Source: Candidatus Latescibacterota bacterium
GTDB lineage: Bacteria; Latescibacterota; UBA2968; UBA8231
Assembly: GCA_965208105.1 (NCBI GenBank)
Contig: OZ242318.1
Span: 4,608,001 to 4,672,000, forward strand
Direction: 5' to 3'
Length of the DNA: 64,000 nucleotides
The position numbers were made by a program, and so were the translations under genes. Under the pieces are notes generated by a model, which was not told where the DNA came from, did no database searches, and saw only the letters and a list, made by a program, of their open reading frames with translations. Below, piece after piece: positions 30,047 through 39,662 of this stretch (the stretch's first letter is position 1; every line of letters starts with the position of its first letter).

Positions 30047-30598
30047 GTGATTGATCTCGACAAATCGAAGTTCCCATCCTTGTTCCAAAAGCGAGTATGG
30101 CCATGGGGACCGATAATTGCTGAATTTGAAACAAACCCCGATCCTCCAACAGAGTTGATCAGCAACGTCAACATGGTGCCCTATGTGGAAGATGGGAACT
30201 GGGTAATCATTCGGCATGGAGGTGGATGGTGCATCACCGGAGGGACACTCGAGCCGGGTGAAAGCTACATGGAAGCGATCGAGCGGGAACTCATGGAAGA
30301 GGCAGGTGCTCGTTTGATTTCGTTCCAGTATCTTGGTGCGTGGCATTGTCACTCTCAGGCTGACAGACCGTACAAACCGCATTTGCCGTGGCCCGAGTTT
30401 TTTCGCGTCGTCGGTTTCGGGCAGGTCGAAATCGTCGCCGACCCGGGCAATCCGGAGGATGGGGAGCAAGTCTCCGAAGTGGCCTGTCTTCCACTGGAAG
30501 AGGCATGCACCCGGCTAAGCGGGAATCCCGACGATGGTCCCGATCTGGCCGAGCTCTATCGCCTGGCTGCTTTGGCCAAGTCCGGAAAAAACAGGTAA
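30047..30598 (+). CDS. NUDIX hydrolase
   Basis: Nudix box GGTLEPGESYMEAIERELMEEAG; GGAGG before GTG 30047. Confidence 0.88.
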   Translation: MIDLDKSKFPSLFQKRVWPWGPIIAEFETNPDPPTELISNVNMVPYVEDGNWVIIRHGGGWCITGGTLEPGESYMEAIERELMEEAGARLISFQYLGAWHCHSQADRPYKPHLPWPEFFRVVGFGQVEIVADPGNPEDGEQVSEVACLPLEEACTRLSGNPDDGPDLAELYRLAALAKSGKNR

Positions 30599-30736
30599 AT
30601 TTTCCTTCATTTCCAACATCGAGAAACAGGCAAGGCCACTTAACGACCTGATTTGTTCCGCGCGCCTTGGCCTCGGGTAACAGCTAGGGACTTCGTAGGC
30701 CGAAAACATAGCTAGACATGGGATTGAGGGACTATT

Positions 30737-31525
30737 GTGGGATTAGAAGACAGATCCTTGGCGTCAATATGTCCTCCTCTTCGTCGTTTCATCGTTCCCG
30801 GGTCGGTTGTGCTTGACGTTGGTTGCGGGCCGGGTGCGATCGCCCTAGAGGTTGCAAGTGTGGTCGAAAGAGGCCGGGTGATCGGAATCGATTCCGATCC
30901 AAACAAAATACAGCGTGCAACATCGATCGCGTCTCAAGGGCGTGTCGAGAACGTTGAATTCCGGTTGGGAGATGCTACTTCACTCTCGTTCAAGGACGAT
31001 TTCTTCGACCTTGTGTACTCAACCCATGTGCTGGAGCATCTGAATGACCGGGTCGCGGCGCTTCGGGAGATGAAGCGCGTTGCCAAGCCTTCTGGTTTGG
31101 TCATCTGCTCCGCCCTGGACTCCAGTGCGGCTATGTTCTTTCCCCCATGCCCCTCCATGGAGGCAATCTACCGAGGGTGGGCTCGCCTGCCGGAAATGTC
31201 TGATTCAACTGTGGCCGATCCTGGGCTAGGGAGACGGATGTTCTCGCTGGGTATTGAAGCTGGATTCAGCTCCCTTGAAACCGAGATATTTGGAATTCCG
31301 GAATTCATGGCTACGGCGACCCACTCTGAGGAGATCGACAAGGTTTACGTCCAAGCGAAGCATCACGCTCGAAAGGATCACGAAAGATTCAGTCTGCTTG
31401 TGAATGCGGGAATTCTGTCCAAGGATCTTTCCGATCGTGCCCGAACCGAGCTGGAGGAATGGAAATCGCATCCCGGGGCTTTTTTCTCTCGGGGCGCTGG
31501 GGTTCTCATCGTGGGAAGGGCGTGA
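30737..31525 (+). CDS. Class I SAM-dependent methyltransferase
   Basis: VLDVGCGPG, GDATSLSF, EMKRVAKPSG. Confidence 0.9.
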   Translation: MGLEDRSLASICPPLRRFIVPGSVVLDVGCGPGAIALEVASVVERGRVIGIDSDPNKIQRATSIASQGRVENVEFRLGDATSLSFKDDFFDLVYSTHVLEHLNDRVAALREMKRVAKPSGLVICSALDSSAAMFFPPCPSMEAIYRGWARLPEMSDSTVADPGLGRRMFSLGIEAGFSSLETEIFGIPEFMATATHSEEIDKVYVQAKHHARKDHERFSLLVNAGILSKDLSDRARTELEEWKSHPGAFFSRGAGVLIVGRA

Positions 31526-31589
31526 AGTTTGGAGCAGCCGGATTCGAAAGAGTGTTCTCGTTGCGTTAACTATCTCCCCAACACAAAAA

Positions 31590-32012
31590 ATGATGATGCA
31601 GGTATCTATTGAAGATGATCCCCGTCCTGAGGATTTCGACTTCGTTCGCGACCGCCTCCAGGAGCATAATGCCGCCATTGTCGGGCCGGACAACTATGCA
31701 CCTCTTGCCATCTTCGCCCGAGACGGTTCAGGCTCGATTCGCGGCGGACTGCTGGGGGAAACCTTCTGGCAATGGCTCCACATCAGCACCGTATGGATCA
31801 GCCAAAGCGATCGAGGGCAGGGTCTTGGCACACGGCTCCTCGCACTGGCGGAAGAAGAGGGCATCAAGCGTGGCTGCATTGCAGTCTTTGTTGACTCCCT
31901 GAGTTTCCAGGAGCCAGACTTCTATTTGAACAGAGGATATGAAGTTTGGGGTGAGCTGAGGGACTTGCCGGTAGGGCACCGGCGGATTTTTCTTCAGAAG
32001 AAATTGGTGTAA
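31590..32012 (+). CDS. GNAT family N-acetyltransferase
   Basis: RGQGLGTRLL..AEEE and FYLNRGY; start at ATG 31590-31596. Confidence 0.9.
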   Translation: MMMQVSIEDDPRPEDFDFVRDRLQEHNAAIVGPDNYAPLAIFARDGSGSIRGGLLGETFWQWLHISTVWISQSDRGQGLGTRLLALAEEEGIKRGCIAVFVDSLSFQEPDFYLNRGYEVWGELRDLPVGHRRIFLQKKLV

Positions 32013-32073
32013 GGCGGAGACCGCAGGCAGGTTTGGCAACGGGCAAAAGGTTAAGCGACAAGGAGAGGGTGCG

Positions 32074-32442
32074 ATGTTCAAGGAAGCCATACCAATCCTG
32101 GGTGTTGCAAGTTCGGAGATCGCCGAGGAATTCTACTGCGAACGGCTCGGGTTCCGGCGTCTGTACGCCTACAGGCCCAAGCCGGCCAAGCCCGATCCCT
32201 GCTATATGGGAGTAGGCCGAGACGCGGTCCATATAGTTGTTTCCTCTTTTGAAGGCGACGGTCCACCAGGCAGCCGCAACGTCCAGATCTATGTCGAAGA
32301 CGCGACGGCAATCTACGAGGAATTCAAGCAGGCAGGGGTTTCGGTTGGAGAGATTTTCGATCAGACCTGGGGCAACATCGAGTTCTCTTTCGCCGATCCG
32401 GATGGAAACAGCATAATTATCGCTCAACACAAGGCTGACTAA
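32074..32442 (+). CDS. VOC / bleomycin-resistance family protein
   Basis: FYCERLGF, QTWG..EF...DPDGN; AAGGAG RBS. Confidence 0.88.
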   Translation: MFKEAIPILGVASSEIAEEFYCERLGFRRLYAYRPKPAKPDPCYMGVGRDAVHIVVSSFEGDGPPGSRNVQIYVEDATAIYEEFKQAGVSVGEIFDQTWGNIEFSFADPDGNSIIIAQHKAD

Positions 32443-32593
32443 GTAACCCCTGGTCATTTTACAGCGCGTTTTGTGCTGTGCCATTTGAATGGCTGGCCAG
32501 CGGCAATCCGGTTCCCGAGTTGGCAAGTCCAGCATTACGTTGTGATCCATTCCGCATGGAAAGGGGAATCGACATCAAACCAGGAGAATATCG

Positions 32594-32920
32594 ATGAAGG
32601 TATTGAAGACGTGGTTGCTCTACTATGTGCACGATATGGATCGGGCAAAGGCATTCTATATGAAGACCTTTCAGGTCAAACCCCTGAAGGAGACAGAAGG
32701 TTGGACGGAACTGGATTTCGGCTCTTTGGTGCTGGCGTTGCACACTCTGCCTGCCCACGGAGGAGGTACCATGCCCCATGCAGGGCTGATCGTTCAGGTA
32801 GACAACCTGGATGGGGTTCAAGCCGACATAGAGCGAAATGGGGGACGGCTGGTGGAAAAACGCGACGAGGGGTACCGCTGCTGTGAGGATTCCGAGGGCA
32901 ATGGTTTCGAGCTATGCTAA
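32594..32920 (+). CDS. VOC / glyoxalase family protein
   Basis: VHDMDRAKAFY and DSEGNGFEL; AGGAG RBS. Confidence 0.85.
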   Translation: MKVLKTWLLYYVHDMDRAKAFYMKTFQVKPLKETEGWTELDFGSLVLALHTLPAHGGGTMPHAGLIVQVDNLDGVQADIERNGGRLVEKRDEGYRCCEDSEGNGFELC

Positions 32921-33014
32921 CCCAGCCCGGATTGCCGTGATCTAAGTTCCCCTTTGGGATGCCGTCAGTAATGGCGCCGGGTCCGGCCGCCTTTCAGCCT
33001 CTTTTGGTGCGTCT

Positions 33015-33704
33015 ATGGACAATCGCCTGGATATCGAGCAGGTAGCCTCGTTAGCTGTGTGTGCCATAAATCGCGGCTGGCTTCGAAGGCTTCGGTCAAT
33101 CGTTGAAAGCTATCCCGAGTATGTGAGTCAAACACTCGAAATTGGAGCGATGAGCCTTGGCGGAAGAAGGCTGGGTGAGGATTCCGACATACTCATGTGC
33201 GTCGAGTTCGTCGCTGAAAGGGGCATGGAGATTACGGCCCGGCTGCCCGGTCTGGATAGCTGCTTCAAGTATTGTCCGTCAGTGGCTCATTTCCTGCTGA
33301 ATCTAGGCCTCGATTCGAATATTACCGATGGGCGGGGCAATACCGGTCTTCACTATATGGCAGAAATCGGCTACGTGAGTGCAGTAAGGGAGCTGCTGTC
33401 CCATGGAGCGGACAGTCGACACAAGAACGATGACGGCTTAACGGCTTGGGATGTGGCCAACGAAGAAGGCAATCGACGAACCCAGAGATGCCTTGAGGGA
33501 CAGAAAGTGAATTCTTGCAGTGACATGGAAATCCGGTGGTTTTCCCGCCGCCGTGGATATGGATACATCAGAAATTCAATTTCCGGCGATATATATTTCG
33601 AGCACTCCTGTGCACCTGGCTGCGGGATAGAAGAGGGGACCAGGTTGGAATTCGATTTGGACTGTGATGATTTTGGCCCCACCGCTGACAACATCCACCT
33701 ATAA
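33015..33704 (+). CDS. Ankyrin repeat plus C-terminal cold-shock domain protein
   Basis: GNTGLHYMA...LLSHGAD, GLTAWDVA; IRWF...RGYGYI (RNP1), DIYFEHS (RNP2), GPTADNI. Confidence 0.75.
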   Translation: MDNRLDIEQVASLAVCAINRGWLRRLRSIVESYPEYVSQTLEIGAMSLGGRRLGEDSDILMCVEFVAERGMEITARLPGLDSCFKYCPSVAHFLLNLGLDSNITDGRGNTGLHYMAEIGYVSAVRELLSHGADSRHKNDDGLTAWDVANEEGNRRTQRCLEGQKVNSCSDMEIRWFSRRRGYGYIRNSISGDIYFEHSCAPGCGIEEGTRLEFDLDCDDFGPTADNIHL

Positions 33705-33778
33705 CCGGGCATGTCCAGCTTCGGGCTTATGCTCTTAAGAGAACCGCTCCGAGGCCAGGCACGGCGAAGACCCTATGG
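33699..33778 (+). repeat. Degenerate attC-like site
   Basis: CTATAAC contains the stop codon. Arm CATGTCCAGCTTCGG vs reverse complement CGTGCCTGGCCTCGG (10/15, all transitions). Right core decayed to CCTATGG. Confidence 0.4.
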
Positions 33779-33805
33779 GCAATTGAATTTCAGGTTCTCA
33801 CCGAA

Positions 33806-34642
33806 ATGATCTTTGACATTGGTGAGACAAAAAATGCGGTCCTCGATCCTGAAGTCGATCACCTCATCGAGGGCCTGCCGCTCGCTATCGAGAGAGAGTA
33901 TACATTCACGGCGCCTGGCGACTACAGATCCTATCCGCGTATCGACCCCGTGCAGCGGATTCCAGCCTCCGAGAAGCATATCGGCTGCGTTCTCCGATAC
34001 CTGCGGCAGGTCCGACCCAGACTCAATACAGTTATTTCTCTGCTCAAAGAGGAAAGAGGGCGCGGGCTGGATGTAGGTATTGGCTTCGGGCTTATCGAGG
34101 TCGCTCTCACAGATTACTTCGGTGTGCAGATCGAGGGTTCCGAGCTGCCATTCAATATCAATAGCTATTGTGCGATACCCCTGAACCGCGGGATTCGGGT
34201 GACGCCTTGGGATCTGGGATCGGTTCCGCCATTCAGACGGGGGACCTTCAACTTTCTCGTGCTGATGGAAGTCCTGGAGCATCTCAAACTACCGCCGGGG
34301 AGAACGATTTCCAGAATTGCCTCTTTGATCGCACCTGGCGGGCGATTGATTCTCACGACACCAAACATTGCCCGTCAAGCGAATCTCGAGGCTCTGCAGT
34401 ACGGGCGAAACATCTTCGAGGCCTACCGCGAGGATCTCCCGGACAACCTGGACGTGACCGATTACGTCTCGCACATTCGGGAATACACGATTTCTGAAGT
34501 TGTAGAGCACGTGGAAAATGCAGGCCTGAGAATCGAGCAAGTCCTCACCTGCAATCAATGGGCACCGCATGATCGGCTGCTTGAACCATTGCGCAACGAC
34601 ATCACCATCGTCGATGCGAGAAAGGGACAAGGAAGCAATTGA
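33806..34642 (+). CDS. Class I SAM-dependent methyltransferase
   Basis: LDVGIGFG, EVLEHL, LILTTPN, HIREYT. Confidence 0.85.
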   Translation: MIFDIGETKNAVLDPEVDHLIEGLPLAIEREYTFTAPGDYRSYPRIDPVQRIPASEKHIGCVLRYLRQVRPRLNTVISLLKEERGRGLDVGIGFGLIEVALTDYFGVQIEGSELPFNINSYCAIPLNRGIRVTPWDLGSVPPFRRGTFNFLVLMEVLEHLKLPPGRTISRIASLIAPGGRLILTTPNIARQANLEALQYGRNIFEAYREDLPDNLDVTDYVSHIREYTISEVVEHVENAGLRIEQVLTCNQWAPHDRLLEPLRNDITIVDARKGQGSN

Positions 34643-34771
34643 ATGGCGATGCCTGAAGGCAGCACAGCGGCCGCCTCTGCGGGGCTGTACCGCCCCTGGC
34701 CTGCGGCAAACACTTGCGGATTCAGAGATCCGGCGAGGGTCAGGGGAAGAAGGAATTAGAATCGGAGACCG

Positions 34772-35884
34772 ATGATCAGACTGACTCAAATTACCCTGGA
34801 ACAGTTGGAGTGGTACAGGGAACAGACTGGCGGTCATTATGGAATGGAATTCGAGTTCGAAGGTCCGTCGGGATTCTTTGGATTCTATGGCGAGTTTGAT
34901 ATCTCCGGCGAAGGCGAGGTTTGCCTGGAGAACCTCCTGGTAGCCAATTCCTGTGAACACGAACAGGGTGAGATGATTGCCGAGATCAGTGCACTGCGGC
35001 AGACTGTCATGGACGGCATCTGGACCTCTACATTGCAACAGGAAAATAGCATCGAAGCGATTTGGGAGGAGTTCAGACTGGAGCTTTTTTCCGAACCGAC
35101 CCGGGATGGAACTGTTGCGACTCATTTGCTGCTCTCACACGAAGATCCCGCAATATTCAGAGAGCCCTATTTCAAGAGTGGATTCAAATTGCGTTCCGAC
35201 CGCGCCGATGAGGAGTCCGAGCTGCAAAATCCCGGCAACTACTACCCCGTAAGTCCTGGAAGAGCCCCCGAACAGGCGGAGGTTGTCGATGCGGCCGAGC
35301 TTGCAGGTCGCATTCAGGGTAAGTCTCTGGTGGCGTTCACGGGCGCCGGGTTATCGGCGGCGGCAGGCATTCCCCCCTTGAAGGGGAAAGGTGGATTGGG
35401 GGAGCGCTTCCCTATCCACGATCGCCGTTTTGCCGGGGCCGTGGCCGATTGGATCCTGCACCGTCCTCGTGAGACGGCTATGGTACTTGGGAGGTTCTAT
35501 ACCGGATTCATGACTGCCAGTCCCACTCCAGCCCACTCGGCTCTTGCACAATTGGAGCAGCGGGGAATACTGAAGCATGTCATTACGGGCAATTTTGACG
35601 GGCTGCATGAGCGGGCCGGCAGCCAAAAGGTGCATATCAACGAAGCCAGATATTTTAAAATGTCGAACGAGGGCTGGACCTGGATCGAGGAGGGCGAGGT
35701 CGCCCTGGTTGTTGGCGTGTCGATGGATGCGGACTACGGTCTGCTGGACTATGCCCGAAACAAAGATCTCCAGGTTGTGGTTATGGCACCGAGTCGCCCG
35801 GAATTCATGCACCCACAGGACTGGTTCGTCGAAGGTCTCGCCGAGGATATTCTGCCGGAGCTTTGCAGCATTCTCATTGCTTGA
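34772..35884 (+). CDS. Sir2-like protein with long N-terminal extension
   Basis: FTGAGLSAAAGIP, PTPAHSALAQL, ITGNFDGLHERAG, LVVGVS. Confidence 0.75.
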   Translation: MIRLTQITLEQLEWYREQTGGHYGMEFEFEGPSGFFGFYGEFDISGEGEVCLENLLVANSCEHEQGEMIAEISALRQTVMDGIWTSTLQQENSIEAIWEEFRLELFSEPTRDGTVATHLLLSHEDPAIFREPYFKSGFKLRSDRADEESELQNPGNYYPVSPGRAPEQAEVVDAAELAGRIQGKSLVAFTGAGLSAAAGIPPLKGKGGLGERFPIHDRRFAGAVADWILHRPRETAMVLGRFYTGFMTASPTPAHSALAQLEQRGILKHVITGNFDGLHERAGSQKVHINEARYFKMSNEGWTWIEEGEVALVVGVSMDADYGLLDYARNKDLQVVVMAPSRPEFMHPQDWFVEGLAEDILPELCSILIA

Positions 35885-35997
35885 ACACCCTCTTCACGAG
35901 ATGGCCCAGTTGGGCCGGTTGGCCGGTCCAGGCTGCCCGGGTGGGCTAGGCTGGCCCCAAGGGCAGGGGAAGGTGCCGTCTGCTAAGGCGAACTGAA

Positions 35998-36666
35998 ATG
36001 AGAAGCAGCCACGTAGGTATTTTCAATCACGACGAGGACGCTGCCACCTATGACCGTGATGTGCTCAGGTCCGACGACCCCGTAAGGGAAGGCTACACCG
36101 AGGTTCTTGACTGGGTCGCTCGGAAAGCTGCCGTCACCGGGGATTCGACCGTTTTGGAGCTCGGCTCCGGAACCGGGAATTTGACCGCCCGATTGCCGCC
36201 GTGCCGGTCCCTGGTCTGTGTCGACGCCTCTGCTGAGATGATCACCCTCGCCCGGCGAAAGTTTCGGGACCGGTCTCACATCTCCCATGTGCAGGCGGAT
36301 ATACTTGAGTACTTCGATCTCCACAATCACCCATTCGAGATCGTGGTCAGTACCTACGCCCTCCATCATCTCACCGAGGGGGAGAAGCGATTTCTGTTCG
36401 ACCGGCTGGTGGAAAGACTGCCGCGGGGGGGACGTGCGTTATTTGGCGACCTGATGCTGGCATGCGCGGGGCAGGAAAGCATTTTGTCAGATCACTACCG
36501 TTCGCTCGGTGACGAGGCAACGGCGGCCGCCATCGAAGAGGAGTTCTTCTGGCACCTCGATGCGGCGGTCGACCACCTGCGCAACCTGGGTCTCTCGGTG
36601 GAGACGGCCAGATTCTCCCCTCTGTCATGGGGAATGGAGGTCATCCTGCCGCAGACCGCCGGCTGA
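35998..36666 (+). CDS. Class I SAM-dependent methyltransferase
   Basis: VLELGSGTGNL and STYALHHL. Confidence 0.9.
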   Translation: MRSSHVGIFNHDEDAATYDRDVLRSDDPVREGYTEVLDWVARKAAVTGDSTVLELGSGTGNLTARLPPCRSLVCVDASAEMITLARRKFRDRSHISHVQADILEYFDLHNHPFEIVVSTYALHHLTEGEKRFLFDRLVERLPRGGRALFGDLMLACAGQESILSDHYRSLGDEATAAAIEEEFFWHLDAAVDHLRNLGLSVETARFSPLSWGMEVILPQTAG

Positions 36667-36751
36667 TAACAGCGCGGTATCCGGCAATTGCACCCCGGGG
36701 AGAACCGGGTTGATTTGAGGCGGTGGCTGCTGCCCCGCGAACCGCAAGGCC

Positions 36752-37525
36752 ATGGCTGTGGAACAATACGCAAGCAGTGAAAACCTGGATGCCAGAATCG
36801 TTCTGCACGAGCGCTTCAGCACCAACAGGTACGGATGGGGCAGGTGGGTGTTCGACCAGCTTCGAGTGCCGCCGCGGAGCACCATTCTCGAGCTGGGATG
36901 CGGCACCGGCTCTCTCTGGTCGAGGAATATCGATCGAATTCCCGAGGACTGGACCGTCGTCCTGAGTGACCTGTCTGCGGGCATGCTTGAACGGGCTCGA
37001 ACAGACCTGTCCCAGGGCGGGAAAATTTTCGCCTTCGGTCGGATCGACGCCCAGTCAATCGCCATGCAAGACGGGACCGTCGATGTCGTCGTTGCCAATC
37101 ACGTTCTCTACCACGTGTCCGATCGTCCAAGGGCCTATTCCGAGATTCGCCGAGTTCTCAGGCCGGGGGGGCAACTTTACGCCGCGACCAACGGAAAGAC
37201 CGCCTCGGCGGGAATTCCGGAGTTGGTGCAACGAGTCAAGCCGGATGCCTACGGCGAAGTGCCGGAGACGAGAACATTGTTCTCCCTGGAGAACGGTGCC
37301 GGGGAGTTGTCCAGGTGGTTTGCCGGGGTTGAGGTCCTCCAATACGAAGACTCGTTCCTGGTCACCGAGGCCCAGCCATTGATCGATTACGTCGCATCGA
37401 CGCAACGTCTGAACGAGGACGAGTTGGCGCGCTTCGGCGCGCTGGTGATGGCGGAGATCTCCCGAAGTTCGGAGATCCGCATACCAAAAAATTCGGGAAT
37501 GTTCCGGGCAAGGAAGACCTGGTAG
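36752..37525 (+). CDS. Class I SAM-dependent methyltransferase
   Basis: ILELGCGTG, ANHVLYHV, RVLRPGG. Confidence 0.9.
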   Translation: MAVEQYASSENLDARIVLHERFSTNRYGWGRWVFDQLRVPPRSTILELGCGTGSLWSRNIDRIPEDWTVVLSDLSAGMLERARTDLSQGGKIFAFGRIDAQSIAMQDGTVDVVVANHVLYHVSDRPRAYSEIRRVLRPGGQLYAATNGKTASAGIPELVQRVKPDAYGEVPETRTLFSLENGAGELSRWFAGVEVLQYEDSFLVTEAQPLIDYVASTQRLNEDELARFGALVMAEISRSSEIRIPKNSGMFRARKTW

Positions 37526-37628
37526 AATCATCCTCCCGCGCCAGGGACGGATTACACTACCTCACACAATTTCGTGCCGGGCATTGGTCCATGCCTTACG
37601 GCCCGGACCAACGGAAAAATTGACTGGA

Positions 37629-38360
37629 ATGGATGTATCGGCAGAATACTGCGTCCGCGATTGGTTCAAGACCCTCCATGAGAGTTTCTGGCTTCGCCCG
37701 GACGAAGGGGGAGAGGAAGAAGCCGGTTTCCTCCGACGGGCGTTGCGTATCCGCAAGGGCCAGCGCGTCCTGGATGCTCCCTGCGGGGCGGGGCGTGTCG
37801 CATACCATCTGGCCAGGCATGGAATAGATGTCGTCGGGATCGATCTGCAATCGGCCTTCATAAACCGGGCTGAGCGAAGATTCGCCAGAAACGGGGTGGA
37901 AGCCGATCTCAGGATCTTGGACCTGCGATCGATCGAGTTCGATAACGAGTTCCACGCGGTCTACAACTGGTTCAACAGCTTCGGATACTTTTCCGAAGGC
38001 GAGAATGCCGACCTGGTTAGGCGATTCGCCCGCGCCCTGCGTCCAGGTGGACGGCTGCTGATCGAGCAAACGAACCGCGAGCGGATACTGCGGAACTTCC
38101 GTCCTGTGACCGCCAGGCATGGCGTGCTGCTCCGGTCGAGGTGGGACGCCGAAAAGGAACGCCTCCTCGTACAACATGAATGTGAGGGGATTGCGGCAGC
38201 CGAAAGCGGATCGTCTCAACGTCTCTATACCCTGTCGCAGATGCGAAAACTGGTTGCCTCGGCAGGTCTCGATGTGGAGATTGTCCATGGATCGTTGAAC
38301 CGCGAGCCCTACCGCCGGGGCAGCGGTAAGATGATGGTCGTCGCCCGTAAGGGCCGTTAA
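37629..38360 (+). CDS. Class I SAM-dependent methyltransferase
   Basis: VLDAPCGAGR, FNSFGYF, ALRPGG; start uncertain (37584-37629). Confidence 0.88.
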   Translation: MDVSAEYCVRDWFKTLHESFWLRPDEGGEEEAGFLRRALRIRKGQRVLDAPCGAGRVAYHLARHGIDVVGIDLQSAFINRAERRFARNGVEADLRILDLRSIEFDNEFHAVYNWFNSFGYFSEGENADLVRRFARALRPGGRLLIEQTNRERILRNFRPVTARHGVLLRSRWDAEKERLLVQHECEGIAAAESGSSQRLYTLSQMRKLVASAGLDVEIVHGSLNREPYRRGSGKMMVVARKGR

Positions 38361-38396
38361 CGCCCAAAGTTGAGGTACGCAGGGAGTGGTCACCGA

Positions 38397-38774
38397 ATGG
38401 ATATCCGCGGAGTAGACTTCGTGGTGCATTACGTACGCGATCTGGAGGAGGCGGTTTCATTCTACCGCGATACCCTCGATCTCAAGTTGGAGCTGCACAA
38501 CCCACAGTGGAATTGGGCGGAATTTTCCGTTCCCCCTATTACTCTTGTCCTCTTCGGCACATACAAGGGGGCGCCTCTGACACATGGGAAAGGGGGAAGC
38601 GGCCTAGCCCTGGCGGTGGACGATTTCGACGCTGCGATCGAAGAATTGCGCCGCAAAGGCGTGGAGGTCGGGTGGGGTCCGAACGAGCTTTCCACCTGCC
38701 ATGTGGCCATGATCACCGATCCTGGAGGGAATCCGCTTTTCATCCACAAGCGCAAGGATGGAAGCTGGGGTTAG
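38397..38774 (+). CDS. VOC / glyoxalase family protein
   Basis: VRDLEEAVSFYRDTL, LAVDD, DPGGN. Confidence 0.88.
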   Translation: MDIRGVDFVVHYVRDLEEAVSFYRDTLDLKLELHNPQWNWAEFSVPPITLVLFGTYKGAPLTHGKGGSGLALAVDDFDAAIEELRRKGVEVGWGPNELSTCHVAMITDPGGNPLFIHKRKDGSWG

Positions 38775-38920
38775 TGTCCGTGGACCTGAATGAAGCTCTC
38801 CTGCAGCAGGGAAGTTGAGCGTCCGTTCAAATCAACCTCCAGATGCCCCTGTGACGGAGGGCATGCGTTCCGGACCGCTTTACCTGATTGACTGGTCCAT
38901 AATCCCATTGGAGGGGCAGG

Positions 38921-39523
38921 ATGAATGGTTGGCGTGAACTGAGATTCCCGGTGGACTCTCTGAAGAAGCAGGTCCTCGTGGTCGAGGACGACCGCGGGAG
39001 AGTACTTGCCGATCCCCTTCGGTGGAAAATCCTCGAGACCCTCGGAGACGGGAAGTCGGTCGCAGAGCTTTCGCAGAGCTTGAAAGTTACCGATTCCCGG
39101 TTGCTGTACCATCTGAAACGGCTGGCGCAGACAGGTGTCGTTTACCTGAAGAAGGATGGAAGAATGCCCGGGCAATGGCGCTGTTTGCCTGCTGCGGGGC
39201 AGATCCGCGTTCGAGAGCTACCTCCTCCGCCGAAGGAGCAAGTTCCCGAGGCCATGCCTGTCGATATTGCCGGGCAGTTCAACCAGGCAGTTCGCGAAGC
39301 TGCCGAAGGCTTGTACGGTATGACCTTTCAGACTTCGGTCAACCACAACCGCGCGCGGCTATCCCAAGAGCAGGCATCCGAGTTCAGTCGCCGATTGTTG
39401 GCGCTGATAGAAGAATACTTTCCTCCGGGTAAAGGAGATCGCGGGGGGATCAAATACGGATTCTACGGAGTTCTCACACCGATCGACCTTCCTCCTCTCG
39501 CAGACTCTGAAGCAACGGAGTGA
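38921..39523 (+). CDS. ArsR-like winged helix-turn-helix regulator
   Basis: LADPLRWKILETL...SVAELS...YHLKRLAQTG; C-terminal LSQEQASEF helix. Confidence 0.8.
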   Translation: MNGWRELRFPVDSLKKQVLVVEDDRGRVLADPLRWKILETLGDGKSVAELSQSLKVTDSRLLYHLKRLAQTGVVYLKKDGRMPGQWRCLPAAGQIRVRELPPPPKEQVPEAMPVDIAGQFNQAVREAAEGLYGMTFQTSVNHNRARLSQEQASEFSRRLLALIEEYFPPGKGDRGGIKYGFYGVLTPIDLPPLADSEATE

Positions 39524-39662
39524 GACTTGCCGGAAGACGCCATGGCGGGATGGCAGCCCCCGCGTGGGAGCCTCGCATGAGGAATGAAGTTGAAGGGGGT
39601 TTCTCTGATTTTCCGGCGGCGCATGCAGGGTGTGGCAGATCTCACCGATCCTCCATGCAATC

